64,000 bases of DNA from Candidatus Krumholzibacteriota bacterium (GCA_030609325.1 JAUWCL010000012.1:8261-72260); one strand, 5' to 3'; counted from the first letter of the stretch, positions 20,115 through 30,510 are shown. The notes: generated from the letters alone by a model not told the origin. Translations and numbers: made by a program.

Positions 20115-20676
20115 TGGCTGGGTGCAACGTAATACTTGATACGTGTTCATATTTCAGACTGGCTCAATTTATTCACCCACTTCTTAAAACTAAAACGGGA
20201 TCTTATGTGCTTGGGGTAATCAAAGATCTCGATGAAGAATACTCGAAGAATCCAACGCTAAAGCATAAATTTTACTGGGTTGCCGAAGAAGAATATATCG
20301 AAAACAGAAAAGAATGTTTTACTATTTCCAAGAAACTACTCTCAAAGATACATGATATCTACAATTTCATTGACGATTTGGATACTGCGGAAGGGCTGGG
20401 GGGGGTCTATCAAGAATCGATGTCAAAGTGTTGGCATATGCAAAGGCTATGGAAATGCCTGTAGTTACAGATGATGGAGATATGCTTAGCGTGGCGAAAG
20501 AATTTGAGATTCGGACAATTAAGACATTACATCTATTGAAGATTTTACTGGATGATGGATTTCTGGATATGAGTGGCGTGAAATCGATTGTCTCTTTCTG
20601 GATTTACAATAAAGACGCACCTTCTTCCTATCGAGCAGATTATAGCAAGCTATTTGGAGAACCGCCTCCAGATTAA
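20114..20676 (+). pseudogene. PIN-domain protein split by a frameshift in a G8 tract
   Basis: 'VILDTCS' in the first frame, 'SRIDVKVLAYA...VVTDD' in the second; switch at G8, 20398-20405. Confidence 0.7.
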
Positions 20677-20695
20677 TTGGCAGAGCAATAAATGC

Positions 20696-20725
20696 GAAGG
20701 CGCCTCTATAAGTAGAGACGCCTTC
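20696..20725. terminator. Hairpin between convergent genes
   Basis: GAAGGCGCCTCTA-TAAG-TAGAGACGCCTTC. Confidence 0.6.
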
Positions 20726-20753
20726 ATACCTTATGGTACAGCCAGACTTTGCG

Positions 20754-23477
20754 CTATTCGATTGCGGTCAGCTCGGAGGTGACGGTGCCGCCGCCGGCCA
20801 TCGCCGGAAGCTGCATCGTCGCCCTGACCTGGTAGCGGGTCTTTGTGTCAACGAAGACCGTTCCGCCGCCGGGCTCGTTGCCCATCGGCCTCAGTTCGAT
20901 CTTGAACGCCTCGAAAGTACCGGCCGGGACTGTGACGTCCTCGATGCTTGTGACCTCGACGACGTAGACTTTCACCTGCTGCGAGAGCATGTCGAAGTAA
21001 CGAAGTGAGGTCTTGTACTTCGGCTCGAGTGGCAGGCAGGACACTGCGAGGTCGAGGGCCGTTCCGTCACCGAAGACGGGAGCCTCGAGCTCGGTGTCGA
21101 CCGGCATCTCCTGCGGTCCCATGCTGATCTTGCCTGTTACGGCCGTCTCGCTGTAGTCCATCGTAATGACAGTGCCGCCCTGCTTGACCCCGCGGTAGAG
21201 GGGCAGCAGGTTCGTGCCGTCCACGACGAAGGTGTCGATCGCGCCGCCCATCATGCTCTGCTGGGTCGAGACGGTCATCCATGCGGGCTTGCCGTCGAAC
21301 TGTCCCTCGGAGATCTCGACGGTGACGTCGAGGTCGATGTCCATGCCCTGTACGTTGGCTACGGCCTTGTATGTGAGCTTCCCCGGCTTGACGAGGTTCG
21401 CGTCGACATCCGGCAGCGGAGTTGTCATCGCGGCGTCGAGGTCGCCCTCGGGCTCCTTGAGGGTGACACTTGCTACGGGGACCATGAGACCGTCGTACGT
21501 TTCCTTTATCTCGGGCCTGATGTCCTCCTGGACCCGTCCGCCGAGATGCTTCGAGAAGAATCTCTCCATTGCGACGGTCATTGCCACGCGGTTGCCCTCG
21601 TTGAGGAATCCGTGTCCCTCGTCGGGGGCCACCATGTATTCTACGTCGCGGCCGAGGTCGCGCATCGCGACCACGATCTGATCCGACTCGGCCTTCACGA
21701 CGCGCGGGTCATTGGCGCCCTGTACGACGAGAAGCGGGGCGGTGATCTTGTCGGCGGCGAAGAGAGGCGACTGCTTCTTGAGCCTCTCCATGTCCTCGGG
21801 ATTTTCGGGATCGCCGACCTGCTCGTTGAGGAACTTCCTCGCCGTCTCCCAGTAGGCCGGGATCGAGTTGAGGAAGGTCAGCATGTTCGAGACGCCGACG
21901 TACGAGATGCCGCAGGCGTAGACGTCGGGCGTGAACGCCAGCCCGGCCAGGGTGGCGTAGCCACCGTAAGATCCGCCGAATATCGCGACCTTCTCCGGGT
22001 CGGCGATGCCTTTGTCGATGAGGTGCTTCACGCCGTCGGTGAGGTCGTCCTGCATCGTAAATCCCCACTGCTTTTTGCCGGCGTTGAAGAACGCCTTGCC
22101 GTAACCGGTCGAGGCGCGGAAGTTGGGCTGAAATACCGCGTAGCCGCGGTTGGCGAGATACTGCACGTAGGAATCGTAGCCCCACATATCGCGTGCCCAC
22201 GGGCCGCCGTGCGGGTGGATGACTACAGGCAGGTCCTTGGCCTTAACGCCCTTGGGTACGGTCAGGTAGCCGTGGATCGTCAGCCCGTCGCGGGACTTGT
22301 ACTTGACCGGCTTCATCTCCGCGAGATGCTCGATGGGAAGTTTCGGACGCGGCCTGTAGAGGAACTCGAGCTCGTCTGTCTCCATGTCGTAGAGGTATCT
22401 GGCGCCAGGGTCGACGTCGCTCGTCACGGCGACGATCCAGTAACGGTCATCCTTGGTGCCCGAGCCCATGTAGAGGTCGCCGTCCTTCAGCTGCTTTTTC
22501 AGTTTCTTGTATGCCTTCTCGAACCTCTTGTCGTGGAACCTGATGCGCATGCGGTCGCCTACGTAGTAGGTGGCAACGAGCTTCTCGTCCTTGTCGGAGA
22601 AGATCGTTCCGCCGAAGTCGACTTCCTTCTTCGGGTCAGCTTCGACGAGCTTTTCCTCTCCCGTCTCGACGTTAAAGAGGGTCAGGCGGGAGAGATCGAC
22701 ATCCTCGCCGATGTTTGTATTGAGGTATACCCTCTTGCCGTCCTTGTGGAAGCGGATCACGCCGACGTTCTCCTCGTTCGTCGACCTGATGATCGAGACG
22801 ATGGTGTCGCCGTCGACGCGGAAGTACTCGGTGCCGCCGTCGTCGGTCGTCTTCTGAAGGAGCCTGAAGTTGCCGTCCAGGTCGAATGTGTATCCGCCGT
22901 ACCCCTCGGTGTTCTCAAAAATCAGCTTGCGCTCGCCCGTCGAGAGATACAGGCGGTAGAGATCATGATAGCGCTCGTCGCGGTCGTTCAGCCCCATGTA
23001 GATGATGTCGGGGGTGTCCTCGGGGAACGAGTAGAACATCGCCCTTACTCCGTCTATGTCGGTGAGGTTGTGCGCGGGGGGAACGCCTGTCGATTTGTCG
23101 ATCTCGCCACCGGGATCGATCACGTAGAGATGGTAATTCTCGTCGCCGCCCTTGTCCTGAATGTAAATGACATATTTCGCGTCCTGCGACCAGCCGTAGT
23201 CGCGGACGTTGCGGACCGTGTCTGCCGAGATCGGATCGGCATCCTCGAACAGCTCGTCGACACCTTTCACCCAGATGTTCATCTTGCCCCTGTATTTCTT
23301 GAGGAACGAGATGTACTTGCCGTCCGGGGAGATCTGCGCGGACGAGATCTCGGGATCGCCAAAGAATATCTCACGGTCGATGATCGGAGGCAGCTTGTCG
23401 AGGTACTCGAGCTGCTCCGCCGGTGCGCTGGCGGCCATCAGTGCGACGGCGACCAGGGCCAGGAACATTTTCCTCAT
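20754..23477 (-). CDS. S9-family (prolyl oligopeptidase/acylaminoacyl) peptidase with extra C-terminal domain
   Basis: Signal peptide, HGGP, GGSYGGY, 'NDPRV', 'EGHGF'. Confidence 0.9.
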   Translation of the reverse strand: MRKMFLALVAVALMAASAPAEQLEYLDKLPPIIDREIFFGDPEISSAQISPDGKYISFLKKYRGKMNIWVKGVDELFEDADPISADTVRNVRDYGWSQDAKYVIYIQDKGGDENYHLYVIDPGGEIDKSTGVPPAHNLTDIDGVRAMFYSFPEDTPDIIYMGLNDRDERYHDLYRLYLSTGERKLIFENTEGYGGYTFDLDGNFRLLQKTTDDGGTEYFRVDGDTIVSIIRSTNEENVGVIRFHKDGKRVYLNTNIGEDVDLSRLTLFNVETGEEKLVEADPKKEVDFGGTIFSDKDEKLVATYYVGDRMRIRFHDKRFEKAYKKLKKQLKDGDLYMGSGTKDDRYWIVAVTSDVDPGARYLYDMETDELEFLYRPRPKLPIEHLAEMKPVKYKSRDGLTIHGYLTVPKGVKAKDLPVVIHPHGGPWARDMWGYDSYVQYLANRGYAVFQPNFRASTGYGKAFFNAGKKQWGFTMQDDLTDGVKHLIDKGIADPEKVAIFGGSYGGYATLAGLAFTPDVYACGISYVGVSNMLTFLNSIPAYWETARKFLNEQVGDPENPEDMERLKKQSPLFAADKITAPLLVVQGANDPRVVKAESDQIVVAMRDLGRDVEYMVAPDEGHGFLNEGNRVAMTVAMERFFSKHLGGRVQEDIRPEIKETYDGLMVPVASVTLKEPEGDLDAAMTTPLPDVDANLVKPGKLTYKAVANVQGMDIDLDVTVEISEGQFDGKPAWMTVSTQQSMMGGAIDTFVVDGTNLLPLYRGVKQGGTVITMDYSETAVTGKISMGPQEMPVDTELEAPVFGDGTALDLAVSCLPLEPKYKTSLRYFDMLSQQVKVYVVEVTSIEDVTVPAGTFEAFKIELRPMGNEPGGGTVFVDTKTRYQVRATMQLPAMAGGGTVTSELTAIE

Positions 23478-23707
23478 GGGAATCCTCCTTCTCTTGCGTG
23501 TTGAAAGCCTGCTCGGACAGGAAGCTTTCGGTGAAAAACCTTCTGTGAACTGGCTGCGTTGATATTACGTTGAACGAGCGGAGAGTATTCAAGGTTTCAA
23601 AAAAAATATCAATGGAAAATGATATTCGACAGGGAATCCGCCGGGAGGGTATGAAATATGCTCAAAAGGCCCCGGAACGGCCGTTTGATCGAATATTGCC
23701 GTGCCTC

Positions 23708-23736
23708 TTTACATATATGTAGAAACGGAGTATATT
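23708..23736 (+). promoter_or_regulatory. ssrA promoter
   Basis: TTTACA-17 nt-TATATT. Confidence 0.6.
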
Positions 23737-23759
23737 TAAGCGGTCAAAGCTTCTTGTGT

Positions 23760-24116
23760 GGGGGCGAATGGATTCGACGGGGATAGATGAAGTGGGAGAA
23801 GCGTGCCGAGGTGCCATCAGCCCTCGTTAAACAGGTGGCAAAACACAACTGCCAACGACAACTTGGCACTGGCAGCCTAAACACGGGCTGTCCGTCCGCT
23901 CATCCCGCGCCGGCGGGGGATGATACCGGGCGACGATTTCCGGCGGCTGGCTGGTGGACCCTCACCCGGAAAACCGGCGAGAAACTAAGGGTGATAGCGT
24001 CATGGCAACGTTGCCCGGAGGGGCACCATGAGGCGAATCAATAACTCCGGGCTACGCACGTAGAAGTCCCATGGAAGTATTGCCGGACGCGGGTTCGATT
24101 CCCGCCGCCTCCACCA
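23760..24116 (+). ncRNA. ssrA: tmRNA; tag reading frame 23851-23880 encodes ANDNLALAA
   Basis: 5' GGGGGCG..GATTCGAC; 3' GGGTTCGATTCCCGCCGCCTCCACCA; G.U pair in the acceptor stem; tag ends in LAA-stop. Confidence 0.97.
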
Positions 24117-24335
24117 TTAAACTTTGCTCCTGCAATCACTTATATTTTTTGCATCCTCCGATTCAATTATTTCTCGAAACTCCAATCGCGGATTAGGCTT
24201 ATCCAACACCCGGATTCCGCCTTCGAAGGCAGTCTCACCCAGAAATGAGGAATGAATCTTGCGTTATAATATTTGCAATAAAATCTTGCATATTATTATA
24301 CGTTGGTGTATCTTTGTTATGAATGGAGGAAGTGA

Positions 24336-25427
24336 ATGCAGAGTTTGATCGGCAAACGCCTCAAAGCAGCCCGAGCACAAGCGGGCCTAACCCAGGCTCA
24401 ATTGTCCTCTCGTTTGGGATTTAATGATCGGCAAACACTCGGAGCAATCGAATCAGGAAAAAGGAAGGTATCCGCTGACGAGTTGCTTCTGGTGATGCAG
24501 ACACTCAACCGTGATCTGGAATATTTCACCGACCCATTTCGTCTCGATGGTGAAGGGAGTTTTTCATGGAGAACTAGCGCTGAGAGTGTGGAACTGTTCG
24601 ATGAGTTCGAGTCGTGGGCAGGTCGTTGCCTGGCACTTTATCGTAATCTTGCCACACAAGAGGATGTTTGGACTTATCCTCTAAGGCTCAGTTTAACCAC
24701 CAAGAGTTCATATGAGGACGCGCACCGAGCGGCTGAATGGCTGGTTAATGAATGGGAGCTTGGGGACATACCGGCCATCAAGCTTGAAGAAGCCGTTAGT
24801 GAGAGACTTCGAGCACTTGTTCTATACACCGATCCGCCAGAAGGTATTTCTGGGGCAGCCGTCAAGCTTTCCGGCCTCAGCGCCATCCTCATTAATCGTA
24901 ACGAACCGGTAGGACGGCGAAGTTTTGATCTCGCGCATGAACTGTTTCATCTACTCACTTGGGATACAATCAAGCCAGATCATTCCGAATACAGAGATGA
25001 ATCGAACAAGAAGAAGCGAAGCGAACAGCTAGCTAACTGTTTTGCCAGCGCGTTGCTCATGCCTGAGGGCATTCTCAGTACGTGGTGGGAGCAAGCGCCG
25101 GACAGTAATGAAACAGAGTGGCGTTCCTGGGTATTAGAATCAGCAAACAAACTTCATGTGACGGCTCCCGCCCTTTTGTGGCGATTTGTTCAGCTTGGGA
25201 AGCTAGAGAAAAATACAGTCGTCGAATCTGAATACTGGAACGCTATACATGAAGCAGAAGGGGACAGACCTCGGAGGTTTAGTCTGGATTTCATGAAGAC
25301 ATTGAGCCAGGGGCTTGAGGAAGGCAGGATTTCGGTTCGACGCGCTGCGGCACTGGTTGACCTGGCCATCGATGATTTCGCTAATCTCTTTCGCGAGCAT
25401 TCCCTCGAAGTTCCATTCGATATATAA
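24336..25427 (+). CDS. XRE HTH plus ImmA/IrrE metallopeptidase
   Basis: 'RLKAAR..AGLTQ..L', 'IESGKR', AHELFH, 'EQLANCFASALLMP'. Confidence 0.9.
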   Translation: MQSLIGKRLKAARAQAGLTQAQLSSRLGFNDRQTLGAIESGKRKVSADELLLVMQTLNRDLEYFTDPFRLDGEGSFSWRTSAESVELFDEFESWAGRCLALYRNLATQEDVWTYPLRLSLTTKSSYEDAHRAAEWLVNEWELGDIPAIKLEEAVSERLRALVLYTDPPEGISGAAVKLSGLSAILINRNEPVGRRSFDLAHELFHLLTWDTIKPDHSEYRDESNKKKRSEQLANCFASALLMPEGILSTWWEQAPDSNETEWRSWVLESANKLHVTAPALLWRFVQLGKLEKNTVVESEYWNAIHEAEGDRPRRFSLDFMKTLSQGLEEGRISVRRAAALVDLAIDDFANLFREHSLEVPFDI

Positions 25428-25440
25428 GGGTGGTGTGGGG

Positions 25441-25944
25441 ATGACGGGAAGCAATCGACTCATACTCGTGGATACAAATATAATCATCGAAGCTGTACGC
25501 ACCGAATGTTGGAATGGACTTTGTGGTTATTACCAGCTTGTTACAGTTGAGAAGTGTCGTGAAGAAGCCCAGTCCGGTAACGCCCGAACGCCTGGATATG
25601 TTGTGGTTGAAGATAATCATCTGAGTTCGGGTATCCAGATCATGGCCGTTACTGATGCAGATCGTGCCCTCCTGGCGACGGCATGCACTGAAGCCGCCGT
25701 TCTGGACGATGGCGAACGTGACTTATGGGCACATGCATACTCTAGAACGGATGATTGGGCCGCCGTTTGTGCGGACCAAGCTGCGGTTCGTGTTGCGGCG
25801 CAGCTCGAATGGGGAGACCGTCTGATTTCTCTAGAGGAACTTGTTAAATCAGCTGGGATTCGACCGAAGAAGCAACTGAAAAATCACTACACTACGAGAG
25901 TGCTGAGTATCTGGCGTACCAAGTTCATATTGGATGGGGCGTAG
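25441..25944 (+). CDS. PIN-domain protein
   Basis: 'ILVDTNII', 'LDDGE', 'CADQAA' acidic PIN-type motifs. Confidence 0.75.
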   Translation: MTGSNRLILVDTNIIIEAVRTECWNGLCGYYQLVTVEKCREEAQSGNARTPGYVVVEDNHLSSGIQIMAVTDADRALLATACTEAAVLDDGERDLWAHAYSRTDDWAAVCADQAAVRVAAQLEWGDRLISLEELVKSAGIRPKKQLKNHYTTRVLSIWRTKFILDGA

Positions 25945-25962
25945 GAGATAGGAGGGTGGGCA

Positions 25963-26287
25963 ATGGCAACACGATTCAATGCATCCCAGTTCCGAAGCAA
26001 AATTAATCAAGCTATCAGCAAATATAACCAAGCCGCACGGAAGTACAACCCCCAACGACGAAGTTATCGCGGCAAACACTTCCTGCCCTCGGACAGAAGA
26101 CGGTAATCCAACGAGGCGGGCGAAGATACATTATCTTCTGGGGCGACGAAACCTTTCAGTTAATGTATTGGATGAGTTCGTCGAGCAAGACATTCAGAAC
26201 ATCATCGAGCTGTTCAATGTATTCAACAGCGGTACGCATGGTGCAGCCGGCAGGTTCAACCTGGCCGATCCTTCTGGCAATCAATAA
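25963..26287 (+). pseudogene. Internally deleted gene resembling predicted pPIWI-associating nuclease proteins
   Basis: GGAGG RBS then 'MATRFNASQFRSKINQAISKYNQAARKYN', joined out of frame to 'PNDEV...GNPTRRAKIHY...FNSGTH'. Confidence 0.5.
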
Positions 26288-26450
26288 ATTACTAAAACCA
26301 AGTTGCTGTAGTTGAAATGCTTTCGATGCGACTTGTTGGTAGATCGGAGCAGCGCTAGCATCAAGGAGGTCTGTCTCAAGAGAGACCTGCGCGAGGGTTC
26401 GAATTCTTTGCGGCAGTGTCCACCATCCACAACGCCTACATCGGGGTTGC

Positions 26451-28409
26451 TCACTTGAGCAGGATCATCTTTCTCGACAGCGTTGTCTTGCCTGCGGTCA
26501 GCCGGTAGAAGTAGACGCCCGAAGCGACCGCGGCGCCGTGCATCTCGCGACCGTTCCAGTCGATGCTGTAATTCCCCTTCGCCTGTGTCTTGTCCACGAG
26601 CACCTTCACCCTGCGTCCCGTGACGTCGAATACCACGAGCCGCACGCGGCAGGTCTCGGGCAGGTAGTATCCGATGACCGTCCTCGGATTGAACGGGTTA
26701 GGCAGGTTCTGATGGAGGACCAGAGCCATCGCCGGCGTAGTGATCGGCCCTGTCTCGAAGAGTATCCTGCTCTCCGTGCCGCCTCTGTAAACGATGTTGT
26801 AGTAATAGGTGACGCCTGGCTCGCAGCTCCTGTCGACAAACGAGAACGACAGGCCGTCCTCGATCAAGTCAACGGCCGGGATCTCCACGAATTCCTTCGT
26901 CGGTCCGTCAGCCCGGAAGATAAGGAATTCCACTCCTTCGTCTATCTCCGAGAGGATCCAGTCGATCCTGATGTCTGTTCCGCTCGTTTCGGCGGCATAG
27001 TTGTACAGCAGGGTAGCCGTCGGGATGTTCCCGTCGGCATCGACCCTGTGGCTGTAGGCCTTTTCTGTGCCGCTGCGGCCGTCCGTCCAGGTCACGAACA
27101 TACCGTTCGATCCGTCGGCGGAGATCGCTCCCGCGTGCTGGTTCCCCGAAGCCCCGCAGATCATCTCTCCGTCGGCCGTCCATAGCGGCGCTCCGTCCTG
27201 TCCGATGTTCTGGGCGCAGATGTCGATGTCTGCTGCGCCGCCGCGCTCATCGCCCCACGATATTAAGGCTCCGCCTGAGCCGTTGCTTGTTATCCTGACG
27301 TTATCCTGGTCGCCGGTCGCGCCGCATACGACGACGCCGTTTCCGGTCCACTGGGCCGCGCCGGCCGCACTGAGTTTCTGGGCGTAGATATCGGTGGAAG
27401 TCCCGCTGCGCCCGTCGAGCCACGTCACGATCGTCTCGCCTGAGCCGATATGTACGAGCCGGCATTCTGCCTGGTCATACAGCCAGGCGGAAACGGCCGT
27501 ACCGAAGCCCCACTGTAGTTCGCCGCTCGAGTTAACCTTCTGGGCGAAGATATCAAAATCCATCGTGTTGCGCATGTCCGACCATGCGATGACCGCCCCG
27601 CCGGAGCCGTCCTCGACCACCTGGGGGGATACCTGGATCTGTCCGCTGTCGCAGATCACGATCCCGTCGGATGTCCATTGCGCGGCGCCGTTCGCGTCGA
27701 GCCTCTGGGCATAGATATCGTAGGTGCCGCTTCGGCGGTCCTGCCATGCTATGATCGCGCCGCCCGCTCCGTCGGATGCTATCGCGGGGGTCTGCTGATG
27801 CTGGTCCACTGAACAGACGGTTACGCCGTTGGCGGTCCACTGGACGGCGCCGTTGGATGCTATCCTCTGAGCGAAGATGCCGTTGTAGAAGTTCCTTCTG
27901 TCGTGCCAGGTGATGATCGCGCCGCCCGCGCCGTCCGATACTATTCCGCCCAGGACGAGGCCGGTCTGGCCCGTGCAGATCGCCACTCCATCGCTGGGCC
28001 ACTGTATGTAGCCGATAGAGCTGAGTTTCTGTACGTAGATGTCCAGCGAGCTGCCTGTACGCGCGTCCTGCCAGGCGATGATAGTACCGCCGGAACCGTC
28101 CGGTATGATCAGGGGTGCCGACTGCGAATTTGAGGCAGTGCAGACGGCCATTCCCGAGGGAAACCACCTGATCGTGCCGTCAGCCGTGACCCCCTGGGCG
28201 TAGATGTCGGTGTTGACCGTGGCGCGCGAGTCCCTCCAGACGATCACCGCTCCGCCCGAGCCGTCTGCCGTGATTGCTGGAGAATCCTGGGCGCCGCTGG
28301 CCGATCCGAGCGGGATACCGTTCTCCGACCACTCGGCATGCAGCGCCGACACGCCGACAGATCCCGCGAGCACGACCAGTAAAACTGTTAACTTGATATA
28401 TTTCAACAC
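26451..28409 (-). CDS. Secreted 8-repeat (probable beta-propeller) protein with FlgD-Ig/T9SS-like C-terminal domain
   Basis: Eight ~55-aa 'DG.GGAI..W.D.R....DIYAQ' repeats; 'QNLPNPFNP...KMILLK'. Confidence 0.8.
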   Translation of the reverse strand: MLKYIKLTVLLVVLAGSVGVSALHAEWSENGIPLGSASGAQDSPAITADGSGGAVIVWRDSRATVNTDIYAQGVTADGTIRWFPSGMAVCTASNSQSAPLIIPDGSGGTIIAWQDARTGSSLDIYVQKLSSIGYIQWPSDGVAICTGQTGLVLGGIVSDGAGGAIITWHDRRNFYNGIFAQRIASNGAVQWTANGVTVCSVDQHQQTPAIASDGAGGAIIAWQDRRSGTYDIYAQRLDANGAAQWTSDGIVICDSGQIQVSPQVVEDGSGGAVIAWSDMRNTMDFDIFAQKVNSSGELQWGFGTAVSAWLYDQAECRLVHIGSGETIVTWLDGRSGTSTDIYAQKLSAAGAAQWTGNGVVVCGATGDQDNVRITSNGSGGALISWGDERGGAADIDICAQNIGQDGAPLWTADGEMICGASGNQHAGAISADGSNGMFVTWTDGRSGTEKAYSHRVDADGNIPTATLLYNYAAETSGTDIRIDWILSEIDEGVEFLIFRADGPTKEFVEIPAVDLIEDGLSFSFVDRSCEPGVTYYYNIVYRGGTESRILFETGPITTPAMALVLHQNLPNPFNPRTVIGYYLPETCRVRLVVFDVTGRRVKVLVDKTQAKGNYSIDWNGREMHGAAVASGVYFYRLTAGKTTLSRKMILLK

Positions 28410-28551
28410 GAAACCCTCCCGGCTGCTGGTTCTGATATGCCGGTGGGATCTCGTGCAATAATAGTACCGATTATACGCAGTCCGGCCGAAAAAAGCAGTC
28501 TACACAGGTATTACGCCAGTTGCCGGACGAGGAATTGTCTCGGGAAGATCC

Positions 28552-30510
28552 TCAGGCGCCTGCCTGCTTCGATTTCGCCGCCACCCTGTACAGGTACCAG
28601 CCCAGGGCGCAGAAGATCGCCGCCGAGACGATCTGGCCGAGCCATGCGGGCGAGTAGTTTATCTGCAGGAACTTCGGCGTCCTCGATATGATCACCGCGA
28701 TGACCGCTATCACCACTCCCAGCAGGCCTTCGCCGGCGATAAAGCCCGAGCCGAGGAGGATGCCGTCGTCACCGGTGTTCCCGGCTCCCTCCTTGTCGCT
28801 CTTGTACTTCTTGTCGACCATGTGCCTGATGATCCCGCCGATAAAGACCGGCGTCATCGTATTGAGGGGAAGGTAGACGCCGACGGCGAAGGGCAGGGGC
28901 GGGATCCTGAACAGCATTATCACCACGGAGAAAGCCGCACCGATCCCCACAAGGTCCCATCTGAGGTTGCCGTCGAGCACCCCGTCCAGCACCGTTTTCA
29001 TCAGGGTGGCCTGCGGGGCCGGCAGCTGTGCTGTGCCGAATCCGTACGCCTTTCCGAGGTAAAATATGGCCAGGCAGACGAAGAATGCCGATCCCACCGC
29101 GCCGAGCAGCTCGCTGATCTGCTGCTTTCTCGGCGTGGCGCCGATAATATAACCGGTTTTAAGGTCCTGGGAGATGTCTCCCGCTATCGATGCGGCGATG
29201 CAGACGATGGTGCCGATCGTCAGCGCCGTAATTTTTCCGGTAAGATCTGTCCACCCGAGCAGCTTGAATATCAGCCCCACGCCGAGAAGGGTGACTATCG
29301 CCATGCCCGATGTCGGGTTGGATGACACGCCGATCATTCCCACGATCCGTGACGACACGGTAACGAAGCAGAAGGCGAATATCGCGATGGCGATCGCGCT
29401 GAAGAACCTCATTATGATATGAGTCTCATTTCCGATGATGCCCGGTATGAATGTCACGAGGAGGACGACGACCGAAACACCGAGAAGCACGTACTTAATC
29501 GAGAGGTCGCGTTCGGTCCGCAGCTTGCCCGAGTTGAGAAGGGCCGCGCTGGAGCGGAGCTCCTTTATCCCGATCTTGAGCGAGCCGACCATGGTCGGAA
29601 TCGACTTGATCACCGTTATGATGCCCGCAGCCGCTACGGCGCCTGCGCCGATAATACGGATGTATCCGTCCCAGATCTGCTGAGGCGACAGCTCTCCGAC
29701 CGTGGTGATTGCAGGGTCGAGTCCCTTGGACTGGAGGTAGATCAGTGTGTTCGGCCAGATCTCCATTTCACCAAACTTCCAGGCTATGAACGGAATGAGC
29801 ACGACCCACGAGATCAGGCCGCCTCCCACCATGATCGCGCCGATACGCCGGCCGAGTATGTATCCGACCCCCATGAGTGCCGGTGTAGTGGAGACCCCTA
29901 TGACCGCTTTCTTTATCAGCGGAAGCTGTATCTGTACCTTGGACGGCCAGATATAGAGGAACGAGATCAGGCTCGTGTAGAGGGCGCCGATGCCGAGGCC
30001 CCTGAAAACGTTCACCGCCGAGGCCCCTCCCCCTCCTGTTGCGGCTATCAGCACCTCGGCGCTGGCCGTTCCCTCCGGATAGGGCAGGGTCTTGTGCTCT
30101 TTCACTATCAGGAAGTTCCTCAGCGGGATCATGAAGAGGACCCCGAGCACACCGCCGCATACGGCGAGCAGTGTTATCTGGAGCAGGGGCGCATCGTATC
30201 CCCACAGGAAGAGGGCCGGTATCGTGAATATCAATCCTGAAGCGAGCGAGGAACTGGCCGAGCCGGTAGTCTGGGATATGTTGCATTCGAGGATCGTCGA
30301 CTTGCCGAACAGCGGCGTCAGAATCCTGAGGATCGCCACAGAGACGACCGCCAGGGGGATCGCCGTACTTATCGTAAGTCCCACCCTCAGACCAAGGTAG
30401 GCGTTGGCGCTGCCGAAGATCGCCCCCAGTATCACGCCCAGGATGACCGTCTTCGGGCTGAAATCCATCATCTTTGTGTCGGCGGAAACATACGGTACGT
30501 GTTCACTCAC
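28552..30510 (-). CDS. OPT-family oligopeptide transporter
   Basis: 'NAYLGLRVG', 'LPYPEG', 'SNPTSG', 'QDLKTG', 'LPAPQA'. Confidence 0.92.
   Translation of the reverse strand: MSEHVPYVSADTKMMDFSPKTVILGVILGAIFGSANAYLGLRVGLTISTAIPLAVVSVAILRILTPLFGKSTILECNISQTTGSASSSLASGLIFTIPALFLWGYDAPLLQITLLAVCGGVLGVLFMIPLRNFLIVKEHKTLPYPEGTASAEVLIAATGGGGASAVNVFRGLGIGALYTSLISFLYIWPSKVQIQLPLIKKAVIGVSTTPALMGVGYILGRRIGAIMVGGGLISWVVLIPFIAWKFGEMEIWPNTLIYLQSKGLDPAITTVGELSPQQIWDGYIRIIGAGAVAAAGIITVIKSIPTMVGSLKIGIKELRSSAALLNSGKLRTERDLSIKYVLLGVSVVVLLVTFIPGIIGNETHIIMRFFSAIAIAIFAFCFVTVSSRIVGMIGVSSNPTSGMAIVTLLGVGLIFKLLGWTDLTGKITALTIGTIVCIAASIAGDISQDLKTGYIIGATPRKQQISELLGAVGSAFFVCLAIFYLGKAYGFGTAQLPAPQATLMKTVLDGVLDGNLRWDLVGIGAAFSVVIMLFRIPPLPFAVGVYLPLNTMTPVFIGGIIRHMVDKKYKSDKEGAGNTGDDGILLGSGFIAGEGLLGVVIAVIAVIISRTPKFLQINYSPAWLGQIVSAAIFCALGWYLYRVAAKSKQAGA

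Larger units (their letters stand above)
24117..26425. mobile_element. Degenerate AT-rich islet integrated at ssrA
   Basis: Composition shift right after the CCA; T-arm-like GAGGGTTCGAATTC..TCCACCA at the far end; no integrase. Confidence 0.45.

Noticed and set aside
23787-24044. 85-aa ORF
   Set aside because: Lies inside tmRNA
26391-26425. Possible tRNA gene
   Set aside because: Only a T-loop-like motif and CCA are present; no cloverleaf
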